DNA of 64,000 bases from an uncultured candidate division Zixibacteria bacterium (GCA_963668625.2 CAXXKA010000001.1:32001-96000), one strand, 5' to 3'. Shown: positions 18,329 through 29,079, counted from the stretch's first letter. Numbers and translations are program-made. Notes: generated from the sequence alone by a model not told the origin.

Positions 18329-21094
18329 ATGCCAGCTAAGAAAAAAAGACCAGCTAAAAAGGCTGCTACTAAAAAAGCGGCGAGAAAAAAAACTACCAAG
18401 AAAACTACTCAAACAAAATCGTATCGACATAATGATAAAGAATCATTGATCCGGCCAGAAATCGGTACTTTGACTCATTTTAAGAAGCTTAAAAAGCCTG
18501 TCACTTATCGGTATGATAAGTCGCTCGACCCGGAGATGTCTTGGGATATCAATGCAGATCGGGAATATGCTGAAGCCCTGATCGAGAAAATCCGCAAAGC
18601 AGAATCCATAGAGGAAGCTAAAAAAGCCGCCGAAGAATTAAAACGCATGTCTCAGCCGTTTCTAAATTGGGCTGGTAAAGCCGAAAAAAATCAATTTTCT
18701 GTGCCGACTTTGCCTTTATTTGTGCATGAGAGGCTTTCTACTCAAGCTATACTGGAAACCCTCAAGGGGCATAAAAGAAATCATCAGATAGAAATGCTGT
18801 TCTCCGATCCCCAACTTGATATGACAGACCGGATCACCAAAGCCTATGAGCATAAGGATAAATGGGTAAACCGGATGATTCTGGGGGATTCGCTATTAGT
18901 GATGAATTCCCTTTTGCAGTATGAGTCAATGGCTGGCAAAGTACAGATGATTTATATGGATCCCCCTTATGGCGTGAAATTTGGATCAAACTTTCAACCA
19001 TTCATCAGGAAAAAGGAAGTAAAGCATAATGAGGATAGGGATTTCACGCGTGAGCCAGAAATGGTTCAAGCCTATAGGGATACTTGGGAGCTTGGCCTTC
19101 ATAGTTATTTAACGTACATTCGGGATAGGATGCAAATTTGCAAAGAATTGCTTCATCCAAGCGGGTCAATCTTTGTACAGATTAGCGATGAAAATGTGCA
19201 TCATGTAAGAGAATTGATGGATGAAGTATTTGGAGCGGATAATTTTTGCGGTATTATTCAATTTGCCAAAACAAGCGGTCTTTTTAGCACATTGTTATAT
19301 CAAGTTTGCGATTATATTCTTTGGTATAGCCCTGATAAGAGTCGAGTTAAATATAATCAATTATATTCTGATAAAATAGCAGGTGAAATTGGGGCATCCA
19401 AATATTCACGAATTGAATTATCTGATGGAACTCGAAGAAGTTTGACTTCGGACGAGAAAGAAGGTTCCGTAGCAATACCGGAAGATGCAAGATTTTGGGT
19501 AGATGACAACTTAACAAGCCAAGGTAATCCTTTATTGGAGTTTGAATATAATGGCAAAATGTATAAAGGCACTTATAAGACGAATCCTGATGGAATGACT
19601 AAATTGGCAAAAGCGAATCGTCTATATGAAGCAAAAGGAACGTTAAGGTTTGTCCGATATCTTGATGATTTCCCTGTAGTTCCATTAAATACGGCTTGGA
19701 TGGATATAGGAGGAATACAAAGCAGATCAGCCCCCAAAATCTATGCCGTACAGACCAGCACGGTGGCCATTCAACGTTGTATGCTTATGACTACTAACCC
19801 TGGCGATCTTGTTCTTGACCCTACTTGCGGAAGCGGTACGACTGCCTATGTGGGGGAGCAATGGGGGCGTAGATGGATTACTATTGATACCAGCCGGGTG
19901 CCTTTAGCTTTAGTAAGGCAAAGGCTATTATCAGCAACATTCTCATATTATGAATTACTCGATGACAATTACGGTATCGGTGGCGGTTTCAAATATGAGC
20001 GAAAGCGGAATCAAAAAGGCGAAGAAGTTGGCGGAATCGTACCCCATGTTACATTAAAAAGCATCGCACAGAATGAATCTCTTAAAGAAGAAGTTATAGT
20101 TGATCGACCAAATATCACATCTGACATCACCAGAGTATCTGGGCCGTTTGTATTTGAAGCGACAATACCTACTCCTATTGAAATTGGTAAGGTTGACAAG
20201 CAATCTGAATACCCAGAGTCAGGTGAGATTGTCGATTACAAAACCAGAATGCTCGAAACATTGAAAAAAGTAGCGACTCTACGAATAGGCAATAATTCTA
20301 TCGTTTTCCGTTATATTAAATCTCCTGCTAAATCTCTGTCAATACATGCTGTAGCTGAACAGGTTGAAAAATCGCTGGAAGATTTAGGAGAAGATGCAGC
20401 AATACAAAAGTCTTTGTCTACCAAAGCTGGAAAGTCGGTAGCATTTGTCTTCGGTCCGGAAAACGGCGCGGTGACTGATAAGCTTGTTTATGAAGCTGCC
20501 CGTGAAGCTCATGGTCGTAACTTTAAGCATCTATATGTAATTGGTTTCGCAATACAAGATGCTGCTACAAAGCTGATATCGCAGGCGGAAACTATTCTTG
20601 ATATACCGGTATCATATGTTTCGGCTTCGATGGATTTACAAATGGGTGATCTTCTCAAAGACCAGCGTTCAAGCCAGATTTTTGCCGTAACAGGTATGCC
20701 TGATGTCCGTCTAACCAAACTGAAAATGAAAAGCGATGAAGGCGAAATATTGTATCAGGTTGAATTGTTAGGATTAGATACTTTTGACCCGATTACTATG
20801 GAAACACTTCATTTAAGCGGCGACGACGTCCCAGCCTGGTTTCTTGATTGCGATTATAATGAATTAGCATTTTGCGTGAATCAAGCATTTTTCCCTCGAA
20901 CAACGGCCTGGGATAATTTGAAGAAAAGCCTTAAGGGAGAATATGATGATTCTGTATGGGATCATCTTGCCGGAGCCATTAGCGAACCATTCCCTGCCGG
21001 TGAGGATAAAAAAATAGCGGTCAAAGTGATTGATGATCGGGGAAATGAGCTTATGATAGTCAAAGAACTAAAAGACGCGGCTAACGAGAAATGA
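18329..21094 (+). CDS. Type III-like site-specific adenine DNA methyltransferase (Mod)
   Basis: IYMDPPYG catalytic motif before DPTCGSGTT SAM motif (beta class); C-terminal AVKVIDDRGNE; Lys/Ala-rich N-terminal tail. Confidence 0.92.
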   Translation: MPAKKKRPAKKAATKKAARKKTTKKTTQTKSYRHNDKESLIRPEIGTLTHFKKLKKPVTYRYDKSLDPEMSWDINADREYAEALIEKIRKAESIEEAKKAAEELKRMSQPFLNWAGKAEKNQFSVPTLPLFVHERLSTQAILETLKGHKRNHQIEMLFSDPQLDMTDRITKAYEHKDKWVNRMILGDSLLVMNSLLQYESMAGKVQMIYMDPPYGVKFGSNFQPFIRKKEVKHNEDRDFTREPEMVQAYRDTWELGLHSYLTYIRDRMQICKELLHPSGSIFVQISDENVHHVRELMDEVFGADNFCGIIQFAKTSGLFSTLLYQVCDYILWYSPDKSRVKYNQLYSDKIAGEIGASKYSRIELSDGTRRSLTSDEKEGSVAIPEDARFWVDDNLTSQGNPLLEFEYNGKMYKGTYKTNPDGMTKLAKANRLYEAKGTLRFVRYLDDFPVVPLNTAWMDIGGIQSRSAPKIYAVQTSTVAIQRCMLMTTNPGDLVLDPTCGSGTTAYVGEQWGRRWITIDTSRVPLALVRQRLLSATFSYYELLDDNYGIGGGFKYERKRNQKGEEVGGIVPHVTLKSIAQNESLKEEVIVDRPNITSDITRVSGPFVFEATIPTPIEIGKVDKQSEYPESGEIVDYKTRMLETLKKVATLRIGNNSIVFRYIKSPAKSLSIHAVAEQVEKSLEDLGEDAAIQKSLSTKAGKSVAFVFGPENGAVTDKLVYEAAREAHGRNFKHLYVIGFAIQDAATKLISQAETILDIPVSYVSASMDLQMGDLLKDQRSSQIFAVTGMPDVRLTKLKMKSDEGEILYQVELLGLDTFDPITMETLHLSGDDVPAWFLDCDYNELAFCVNQAFFPRTTAWDNLKKSLKGEYDDSVWDHLAGAISEPFPAGEDKKIAVKVIDDRGNELMIVKELKDAANEK

Positions 21095-24054
21095 CTCAAT
21101 TTAATGAAGTAGATCAACCTATTATTTGCTCTCCCTTTGAGGTTCCCAAGTTTCACTGGTATATTGAGGAAGGCAAGCCTTGTCAGAAAATTGAGAGTAG
21201 GCGACCAGCTATTTATTACTATCGCCCACCCGGCAAAGGAACTGGTAGCGGTGAAGCGGCCGAAATTGGTGAAGCAATAGAGCTTAAGCTCGTTAATGAG
21301 ATTAGAGAACGGGTAAGGATATGGCGCGAAAACGGCTATCCCGGAATAGGCAGAGTTACCTTTGAGCTTTTGCAATATTGGAAAAGGGAAGGCCGTCAAA
21401 AGCAATTCTTTTTCTGCCAAATGGAAGCAGTTGAAACAATTATATTCCTTATCGAGGGCCGCTCAGATTTAAAGCAAGGGCTTGAAATACCTCAAGAAGA
21501 ATTGCCTGAGAATACTCGTTGGCCTGAAGGAAAGTCCGGGAACGAGTATAAAGGTTTTATTCGATATGCCTTAAAGATGGCTACCGGTACAGGCAAGACA
21601 ATGGTAATGGGATTGGTAGCCGCCTGGTCTATCCTCAATAAAGTAAACGATAAATCTGATAGTAGATTTTCGGATGTTGTGCTTGTGGTTTGTCCCAACA
21701 TAACGATACGCGGAAGGCTTGGCGAACTTGATCCCAATGCTGGGGAAGCCAGTATTTATCGTATATGGGACATTGTACCCCGGCATTTGATGGATAATCT
21801 TCGGAATGGAAAAGTAATCATCACTAATTGGCATGTCCTTGAGCCAAAGGATGGCAATCAAGTAGGGGGAACACCAGCAAAGGTAGTGAATCGGGGGCAA
21901 GAATCTGATTCGGCATTCGTTAGGCGTGTCTTAGGCAGATCAATAAGCAATAAGCAAAATATTATTGTTTTCAATGATGAAGCTCATCATGCATATAGAT
22001 TGATTCAGGAATACCCCGATGAGTGGGACGATATGTCCAGAGAAGAAAAAAACGAATGGGCTGAAACTAATAAAGAAGCAACGGTATGGATAAACGGCCT
22101 TGATAAAATTAATCGGGCCATGAATATCAATTTCTGCCTTGATCTTTCGGCAACGCCTTATTATCTAAATCGTACTGGCAATGAAGCTAATAGACCTTTC
22201 CCCTGGGTAATAACCGATTTCAGCCTTGTCGATGCTATAGAAAGTGGCCTCGTAAAAATCCCACAATTACCTGTACGCGATACGACCGGCGAAGATATTC
22301 CAGCATACTTTAATGTTTGGCGTTGGATTTTGCCAAAATTAACGCCAAAGGAAAAGGGCGGTAAAAAATCAATACCTAAGCCAGAAGCAATTCTTAAATG
22401 GGCGCATATGCCGATTGCCCAGCTTATGGGTTTATGGTTAGAAGTATATAGGGAATGGCAGAAGCAATCCGATGTACACGAAACTCCTCCAGTTTTTATA
22501 ATTGTTTGCCGTAATATTAAGCTTGCTCAAGTAATCTTTGACTGGATTGCAAATGATATCTGCCCTACTGGTATACCATCTCTTGGTATTAACGAGCTTC
22601 GCAATCAAGATGGACAGATAAATACAATCAGGGTTGATTCAAAAGTGGTTCAAGATACCGATCTGGAAGGGTCAAAAGACCTTGAAAATAAAAAGATGCG
22701 ATTTACTTTAGACACTATCGGCAAAACAGAATGGCCGAATAACCAAGTCCCCCAAGCTTGGAATGAAATAGCTGAAGCGTTAAATCTTTCAGTTACTATT
22801 CCACCTGGACGAGATATCCGTTGTGTCGTTAGCGTTTCAATGCTTACGGAAGGTTGGGACTGTAGGACTGTTACGCACATAGTTGGTCTTAGGCCGTTCA
22901 TGTCCCAGCTACTTTGTGAACAAGTAGTGGGCAGGGGATTACGTAGAACTGTTTATGATACGAATGAAAATGGTTTGCTTGCCGAAGAAATTTCTAAAAT
23001 TTATGGTGTACCTTTTGAGATAATACCTTACAAAACAAATCCTCAAGGGCCGGTTTCGTCACCACCCAAGATAAATCATATAAAAGCTATATCTCCCGAA
23101 AAAGACAAATTTGAGATCAAATTTCCGAGAATAGATGGTTATTCATTCGCTATAAAAAATCGCGTAAATGTCAAATGGGATGATATACCTTCACTTACCT
23201 TAGACCCTTCCAGAATACCACCTGAAGTCGAGCTAAAGGGTATTAATATTAATAACCAAGGCAAAATGTCCTTGACCGGACCTGGTAAAATCAATGAAGC
23301 CAGTTTGAAAGAATGGCGCGATAATACCCGCTTGCAAAAAGAGATTTTCGGGATGGCGAGATCGTTGACAAGAGATTATTGCAATATGCCAGGGTGCGAA
23401 GTCCCGGCACAATCGCTATTCCCCCAGATGTTAAATATCATTGATCGTTTTTTGAAAGAAAAGATTACTATACCGGAAGGGCAGGACGTTAAAGACGTAT
23501 TCCTTTCTCCGTATTATGGCTGGGCAGTAGAGATATTGACGCAGGCAATCCATCCCGATGCTGATAGCGGAGAGGTGCCGGAAATGCCGGTTTATGAAAA
23601 AAATAGACCTGCTGGTTCAACCTTTGATGTAGATATGTGGACAAGCAGGCCAGTACGTGAAATAATAAAATCCCATTTAAATTATGTTGTAGCTGATACC
23701 AAAAAATGGGAGCAATCAGTAGCATACTACCTTGATAGAAATAAAAGCGTAGAAGCTTTTGTAAAAAATTCAGGTTTAGGTTTTGCTATTCCATATGTAT
23801 ATAACGGCCAGCCACATGATTACATCCCCGACTTTTTAGTAAGTTTACGATACAAAGATGATTCTGCCGGTACTTTGGTTCTTGAAACCAAAGGATACGA
23901 TCCCTTAAAAGAAATAAAAGAACATGCTGCCAAACGCTGGGTTGATGCCGTCAATGCGGAAGGCAGTTATGGCAAGTGGCAATATGCAATAGTTACCGAT
24001 CCGGTAAAAACGAATGAAATTATACGTGGTTGTGTAGAGGGGTATATTAGCTGA
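21091..24054 (+). CDS. Type III-like restriction endonuclease/helicase (Res; BPTD_3080-like)
   Basis: KMATGTGKT, DEAHH, LSATP, LTEGWD, EQVVGRGLR, PD..LETKG nuclease motif; ATGA overlap with Mod. Confidence 0.92.
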   Translation: MTQFNEVDQPIICSPFEVPKFHWYIEEGKPCQKIESRRPAIYYYRPPGKGTGSGEAAEIGEAIELKLVNEIRERVRIWRENGYPGIGRVTFELLQYWKREGRQKQFFFCQMEAVETIIFLIEGRSDLKQGLEIPQEELPENTRWPEGKSGNEYKGFIRYALKMATGTGKTMVMGLVAAWSILNKVNDKSDSRFSDVVLVVCPNITIRGRLGELDPNAGEASIYRIWDIVPRHLMDNLRNGKVIITNWHVLEPKDGNQVGGTPAKVVNRGQESDSAFVRRVLGRSISNKQNIIVFNDEAHHAYRLIQEYPDEWDDMSREEKNEWAETNKEATVWINGLDKINRAMNINFCLDLSATPYYLNRTGNEANRPFPWVITDFSLVDAIESGLVKIPQLPVRDTTGEDIPAYFNVWRWILPKLTPKEKGGKKSIPKPEAILKWAHMPIAQLMGLWLEVYREWQKQSDVHETPPVFIIVCRNIKLAQVIFDWIANDICPTGIPSLGINELRNQDGQINTIRVDSKVVQDTDLEGSKDLENKKMRFTLDTIGKTEWPNNQVPQAWNEIAEALNLSVTIPPGRDIRCVVSVSMLTEGWDCRTVTHIVGLRPFMSQLLCEQVVGRGLRRTVYDTNENGLLAEEISKIYGVPFEIIPYKTNPQGPVSSPPKINHIKAISPEKDKFEIKFPRIDGYSFAIKNRVNVKWDDIPSLTLDPSRIPPEVELKGININNQGKMSLTGPGKINEASLKEWRDNTRLQKEIFGMARSLTRDYCNMPGCEVPAQSLFPQMLNIIDRFLKEKITIPEGQDVKDVFLSPYYGWAVEILTQAIHPDADSGEVPEMPVYEKNRPAGSTFDVDMWTSRPVREIIKSHLNYVVADTKKWEQSVAYYLDRNKSVEAFVKNSGLGFAIPYVYNGQPHDYIPDFLVSLRYKDDSAGTLVLETKGYDPLKEIKEHAAKRWVDAVNAEGSYGKWQYAIVTDPVKTNEIIRGCVEGYIS

Positions 24055-24117
24055 TTTGGTAATCTGGAATAATAATACTTGATTTTTTGTGAGTTTAGTA
24101 TATAGAGAATTGATGAA

Positions 24118-24498
24118 ATGCAAGAAATCTATAGTAAATTTGGGAATCTTGCGCAAATGGCAGCTCAGCGATTACATGTTAAAAGCGCATTAAATCCAAT
24201 ATTGTGGCTATGCGGTATTGCATCCCCAGTTTGCTTTGTATTCGCATATCTTTTCTATGATGTAAAAAACATTTTATATTTATTAATTATCGCTGGAATA
24301 TCACCAATTGCTGTTGCTTGTATTGCTTACCTTGGATTCGCAATATTTAAACCTGATAAGCTGCAATCAGAGGATTATCAGATTAGATCAAAAACTCTCC
24401 AGTTAATTCAGCAGAAAGGTGGGAAAATTAAAATGCCGCCTACTCCATTAGAATTGATAGCTAATCCAAGTACTAAGAATAATGATATCAAAAGATAG
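24118..24498 (+). CDS. Two-TM hypothetical membrane protein
   Basis: Two hydrophobic segments followed by KPDKLQSEDYQIR. Confidence 0.65.
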   Translation: MQEIYSKFGNLAQMAAQRLHVKSALNPILWLCGIASPVCFVFAYLFYDVKNILYLLIIAGISPIAVACIAYLGFAIFKPDKLQSEDYQIRSKTLQLIQQKGGKIKMPPTPLELIANPSTKNNDIKR

Positions 24499-24501
24499 AC
24501 G

Positions 24502-24936
24502 ATGATGAAACCATACTTATTAATATTCAGGGATTTAAATTATTCGGAAAATGATATAAAGCAATATCTTGACACATTAAGTGAGATATTAGATTGGTAC
24601 GCTTATTTTCAAAATTCTATATTTATTATATCAGAGTCCAATTCGGATATTCTTGCAGAAAAAATTTGTAAAAAGTTCAAGTCTTTAGATTTCCTCATAA
24701 CTGAAATACCAATGAACAACAACCAAGGAATGCTCACTAAAGATTTATGGCAATTTATAAACAACCCTGAGCAGCAAATAGAATTTAAAGCTAAGTTTAT
24801 AGAGAGTTCAAAGGATCGCTCTTTAACAGATGATTCAAAAACAGATAATGACATTGTAAATGATTTAAAATGGTTCGATATTAAAAGTACATTATCTGAA
24901 TTAATGAAGAAATTCAAAAATAAAGCAAATAAATAA
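24502..24936 (+). CDS. Hypothetical protein, probable ferredoxin-like (Cas2/VapD-like) fold
   Basis: YLLIF..W....NSIFIIS..FLITEI....QGML.KDLWQFI pattern; fold inferred. Confidence 0.5.
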   Translation: MMKPYLLIFRDLNYSENDIKQYLDTLSEILDWYAYFQNSIFIISESNSDILAEKICKKFKSLDFLITEIPMNNNQGMLTKDLWQFINNPEQQIEFKAKFIESSKDRSLTDDSKTDNDIVNDLKWFDIKSTLSELMKKFKNKANK

Positions 24937-24966
24937 TCATTAGGAATAAAATGAATTAATATTTCA

Positions 24967-25770
24967 TTATTTTACTATTTTTGCTAAAAGTCTTCTCAGA
25001 AATTCAATTAATGTTTTGAAGGGACTGGTTTTTTGATTAGCCGGATGAGTATCTTTGTCTATTACGGTTGGTTTCTGAGCAATTGAAAAAGCACGGTCAT
25101 TCCAAATAGAAGTATAGTCATTAGCTCTTTCTTCCAAATTTTCAGGATTATTATATACTGCCTTATCTTCCTTCAGGCAGACATTGACAGATGAAGGATA
25201 GAGAATTTCATCATAAATTTTAGCCAAATCCTCAAGAGTTGGCTTGAATTCGACTATTGCGATTTTATTATCAGAATAATATTGGCGTGTATATTCTTCT
25301 ATTTCATGAGTTGCTATAATTTCAATAACAGCGTGAACGGTATCATCTTTTCTATATAGCGATAAATCAGGACGATATTGGCCAACATTCTTTTCTATTT
25401 CAACATTGGCTACTTTCTTTAAAAGATTACCTCTATGCGTATCAAGACATTGACTACAATTCCATTCAATTAATAATTCTGATTTTGTATCAGTTAATAG
25501 ATTTGCTTTAATTCGATTATATAACATTGTCTTATATGCATTATGAAGAGCAGATTCTAATGAACAATTAGTTATATCATGACCTGGTTTATGGGCAAAA
25601 TGATGAATCCTAATTTTCCCCATCTTGGGAATCATAGGTTTTCCACAGCCCCAGCAAAAATATTTAACTGAGCGTTTTGCTTCTGAGATAATTATTAATT
25701 CACCATGCTTATTTTTAGCAAAAGGATATAGTAAATTATCGTTTGTCTTTTCCCTATTTATTGAATTCAT
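24967..25770 (-). CDS. CoiA-like Zn-ribbon / PD-(D/E)xK nuclease family protein
   Basis: CWGCG..HHFAHK, ESALH, RPDL..VIEIIATH. Confidence 0.7.
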   Translation of the reverse strand: MNSINREKTNDNLLYPFAKNKHGELIIISEAKRSVKYFCWGCGKPMIPKMGKIRIHHFAHKPGHDITNCSLESALHNAYKTMLYNRIKANLLTDTKSELLIEWNCSQCLDTHRGNLLKKVANVEIEKNVGQYRPDLSLYRKDDTVHAVIEIIATHEIEEYTRQYYSDNKIAIVEFKPTLEDLAKIYDEILYPSSVNVCLKEDKAVYNNPENLEERANDYTSIWNDRAFSIAQKPTVIDKDTHPANQKTSPFKTLIEFLRRLLAKIVK

Positions 25771-26442
25771 AAGATTACAAGGAATTTAGTACTACAAATA
25801 TCGCAAATCTATTAGACCTAAATATGCAGATGAAAGAAGTGAGAGTCAAGAAACTGTTGAACTTAGATTATTAAAGGCAAGTTATGTTTGCTTTATTTGT
25901 TCATATACAATATCAGTATGCCTCTATTGATTATTCGGGGTGTATGTCATCCTTTACATATTGAAAAATATCGTACGTAATCACACGCGGTTATATCTCA
26001 TCAAGGCGGCACCCCCCTGTTGGTCGTCCCAGGGGTAGGGGGTGGTGCTTTGATAGAAAACTTGAAAATTTTCATACGATCTTAACGCCTTATATCCTTA
26101 GTAATGACTTTGTAATTTCCCCATCCCCCAGGGCGGTAGTGCCGATTCTCAAATATAAATTATTTATTTGCCGGTTGTTTGATGTCATTTTACCTTAATC
26201 TTGACTTAGTATTCCCTTGTTTGAGCTTTATTTATTCTATGTTTATAGTCAATTTCTGTAAATATAATTGCTGTTAATCCGCTGATACTGAATCTCATTG
26301 CCATATTAACTCAATGCAATTAAACATGTTGTAAAATAATTCAAAAAAATACTTGCTTTTATTAAATAATATCCGATATTGAAAGTGTAAGACGTGTAAG
26401 AAGTGTAATACTTAAACACAACCTCTAAACAAGGAGAATGAA

Positions 26443-26772
26443 ATGAGGACACCAGAACAAAAACAACAATGGTTTGAAAACCGCAAGCAAGATACCAAAA
26501 CGGTATTAAACCGCTTGCCCGATGATGTTAGATCTTATGCCTATGTAGTGGGCGTTTGGGTATGGATTGAATTTGTTGAAAAGCCAGACCGTATGATATT
26601 AGATGCTATTAAGGATATTGGCTTTTCATGGAATAACAAGCGCAAGGTCTGGCAACATCCTTGCGGGTACTTTCGCCCAGGTTCAACCGATGATCCGAGG
26701 GCAAGGTATGGAGCTATTCCGCTTGATAACATTAAACTTGATGAAAACAAGCAACAAATTAACGCCAATTAA
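26443..26772 (+). CDS. Hypothetical protein
   Basis: SD AAGGAG; VVGVWVWI...IGFSWNNKRKVW pattern typical of mobile-element proteins. Confidence 0.65.
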   Translation: MRTPEQKQQWFENRKQDTKTVLNRLPDDVRSYAYVVGVWVWIEFVEKPDRMILDAIKDIGFSWNNKRKVWQHPCGYFRPGSTDDPRARYGAIPLDNIKLDENKQQINAN

Positions 26773-26782
26773 GGAGTAAACA

Positions 26783-27427
26783 ATGTGCAAATTAGCTGAA
26801 AAATACCGGCCAAGGTCATTAAATGAGATTATCGGCCAGGATAAAGTTACTCAAAATATCGACCGGTTAAATCATTCGACCGGTCTGGGCGGACGTGCTT
26901 ATTGGATAACCGGACAAAGCGGAACCGGCAAAAGCTCTATTGCTTTGATTATTGCCGATATTGTAGCAGGCTCAAAGTTTACTACAATCGAAACAACCGG
27001 CAGAGAATTAACAATCAATTTCATCAAGGATTTAGCCTTAAGATGGCGTTCTAAGCCACTGTATGGAACCGGCCATGCTTTGATTGTAAACGAATCTCAT
27101 GGCTTATCTAAGCCGGTTATTGAGAAGTTTTTAGACGTGCTTGAAAACTTGCCCGATTATGTAGTTATCGTTTTTACAACTACTAATGATGGCAATGATC
27201 TATTTGAGGAGCAGTTAGATAGTTCCCCGTTTGCCAGTAGATGCCTATCGATCAGCTTAACAAGCAGGGGATTATGCGAACCGTTTGCCAATAGAGCTAA
27301 ACAGATTGCCGAAATTGAGGGCTTAGATGGCAAGCCTATTGATGCCTATATCAAACTGGCTAAAACGTGCCGTAACAACCTTAGACAAATGTTATCGCAA
27401 ATTGAAATTGGCTATATGCTGGGATAA
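26783..27427 (+). CDS. Clamp-loader/DnaX-like AAA+ ATPase (short)
   Basis: [29 protein letters not shown] (degenerate Walker B), SRC motif. Confidence 0.8.
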   Translation: MCKLAEKYRPRSLNEIIGQDKVTQNIDRLNHSTGLGGRAYWITGQSGTGKSSIALIIADIVAGSKFTTIETTGRELTINFIKDLALRWRSKPLYGTGHALIVNESHGLSKPVIEKFLDVLENLPDYVVIVFTTTNDGNDLFEEQLDSSPFASRCLSISLTSRGLCEPFANRAKQIAEIEGLDGKPIDAYIKLAKTCRNNLRQMLSQIEIGYMLG

Positions 27428-27440
27428 GCAAGAGGTAAAC

Positions 27441-27845
27441 ATGGCAGAATTAAACAATAAAAACATATTTGAGGATACTGAGATAATCAGTAGTTACTCA
27501 AGATCACAAGCTATTGAGGATGGTATCTTAATCGATATATCTGAGTTAGCTAAACAAGCTGGCTTTAAATTCCCTGTAGCGGTTACTTGCGGTTTATGGT
27601 CTGAGGTTTTGGAACCTGATAAAACCAGTAAAGCCATCGGCCAGGATATAACCGGTAGAATCTGGGATACTCTTATCATTTTGCGCTTAGCAATCAGACA
27701 TACGGACAATACCGATTTAATCTATTTCAATCCCCTATACGTATTTAACGGCAAAAAGCCAATTGCCCGTAAACTTAAAGCGGTTTGTTCCCCTGGGGAT
27801 GATTTAGAACCGGTTATTACAATCATGCTACCGAATGAGGATTAA
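27441..27845 (+). CDS. DUF6573-like hypothetical protein
   Basis: YSRSQAIEDGILID..GFKFPVAVT..GRIWD..PVITIMLPNED; SD GAGG before ATG 27441. Confidence 0.7.
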   Translation: MAELNNKNIFEDTEIISSYSRSQAIEDGILIDISELAKQAGFKFPVAVTCGLWSEVLEPDKTSKAIGQDITGRIWDTLIILRLAIRHTDNTDLIYFNPLYVFNGKKPIARKLKAVCSPGDDLEPVITIMLPNED

Positions 27846-28089
27846 GTTAATCCTGATTGAATTGATCTTTTAAAACCGAATAATAAGCAGAGGGATAGGT
27901 AATAATAACGATTATCAAACTACAACTATAATGCCTATGTCAAATATGACTTTGCCAATAATAAAAAGCGGGATGCCGGTTGTGGCCAGCACCCCTTGCA
28001 AAAAGTCACCGGTCTAATGGCAAACCCTCTGCTTGATTATTCATAACAACCTATCGGCTAAAAAGCAATAGGTTTCGGAGCTAAATAGA

Positions 28090-28773
28090 ATGTTAAATCA
28101 AAAGATAAAAGCGGTCGGATACTGTAGGGTATCAACCGATGAACAAGCCCAGGACGGTCTATCCCTGGATTATCAGCAAAGCCGAATCAGGGCTTATGCC
28201 GAGTCCCAGGACTGGCAATTAATCGGCTTTTATATCGATGCCGGTTATTCGGGCAAGGATACCAACCGGCCAGAGTTTCAACGGATGATAACCGATCTGG
28301 AATCTGGCAAGGCTAATATCCTGATTGTCCTCAAGCTCGACAGAATCACCCGTAAACAGCGCGATTTATTGAATCTGCTTGAGGGCATACTGGAGCCATC
28401 AGGAATAGGCTTTAAAAGCGTTCAGGAGCCGTTTGACACGTCTACCGGTATGGGTAAGGCATTTATAGGCATGGTTTCAGTTTTCGCCCAGCTTGAGGGA
28501 GATATGATATCCGAACGCACAACCAGCATATTGAGAAACAAGCAAAAAAACGGTGAATGGGTTGGCCGAATCCCCTACGGTTTTCGGGTAAAAGATGGAA
28601 AGTTAGTAGAGGATATAGAGCAAATGGAGGTGATAAAACAAATCAAACGATTAAAGAGCAAAGGTATGACAGTCAGGCAAATAGCAAACCGGTTTCCCTT
28701 ATCGATTGCGACCATAAGCCGCTTGACTTCTACCCACCTGAATAGATATAAATCTAAGTATCTAAAGGGATAG
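28090..28773 (+). CDS. Resolvase/invertase-type serine recombinase
   Basis: GYCRVST, RPEFQRM, KLDRITR, ISERT, C-terminal HTH. Confidence 0.9.
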   Translation: MLNQKIKAVGYCRVSTDEQAQDGLSLDYQQSRIRAYAESQDWQLIGFYIDAGYSGKDTNRPEFQRMITDLESGKANILIVLKLDRITRKQRDLLNLLEGILEPSGIGFKSVQEPFDTSTGMGKAFIGMVSVFAQLEGDMISERTTSILRNKQKNGEWVGRIPYGFRVKDGKLVEDIEQMEVIKQIKRLKSKGMTVRQIANRFPLSIATISRLTSTHLNRYKSKYLKG

Positions 28774-28872
28774 GGGAGAAGCTCAGTTTCATAACCGACC
28801 GGTTTTGAAACAAAGCCAGCGATTCTAAGGGAAATCTGATAACAAGTTATTTAAAATAGAAAGAGTTTAAGG

Positions 28873-29079
28873 ATGCCGAAAAAAGATCAAAAATCAAGTG
28901 CAGAAAAGCGTATACCAGATGGTTTCATGAGAAAGACCTATGTTGTAAAAAAAGACCTGGTAGAGAAAGTCGAACGCTATGCATATTGGGGCAGGCTAAA
29001 AATCCAGGATGTAGTAAACAACGCCTTAAAAGAATACCTAAAAGATAAAAACACCAGGCCAATACCGGATAAAAAATAA
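28873..29079 (+). CDS. Small RHH/CopG-like protein
   Basis: RKTYVV..DLVEKVERYAYW..LKIQDVVNNALKEYL. Confidence 0.65.
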   Translation: MPKKDQKSSAEKRIPDGFMRKTYVVKKDLVEKVERYAYWGRLKIQDVVNNALKEYLKDKNTRPIPDKK

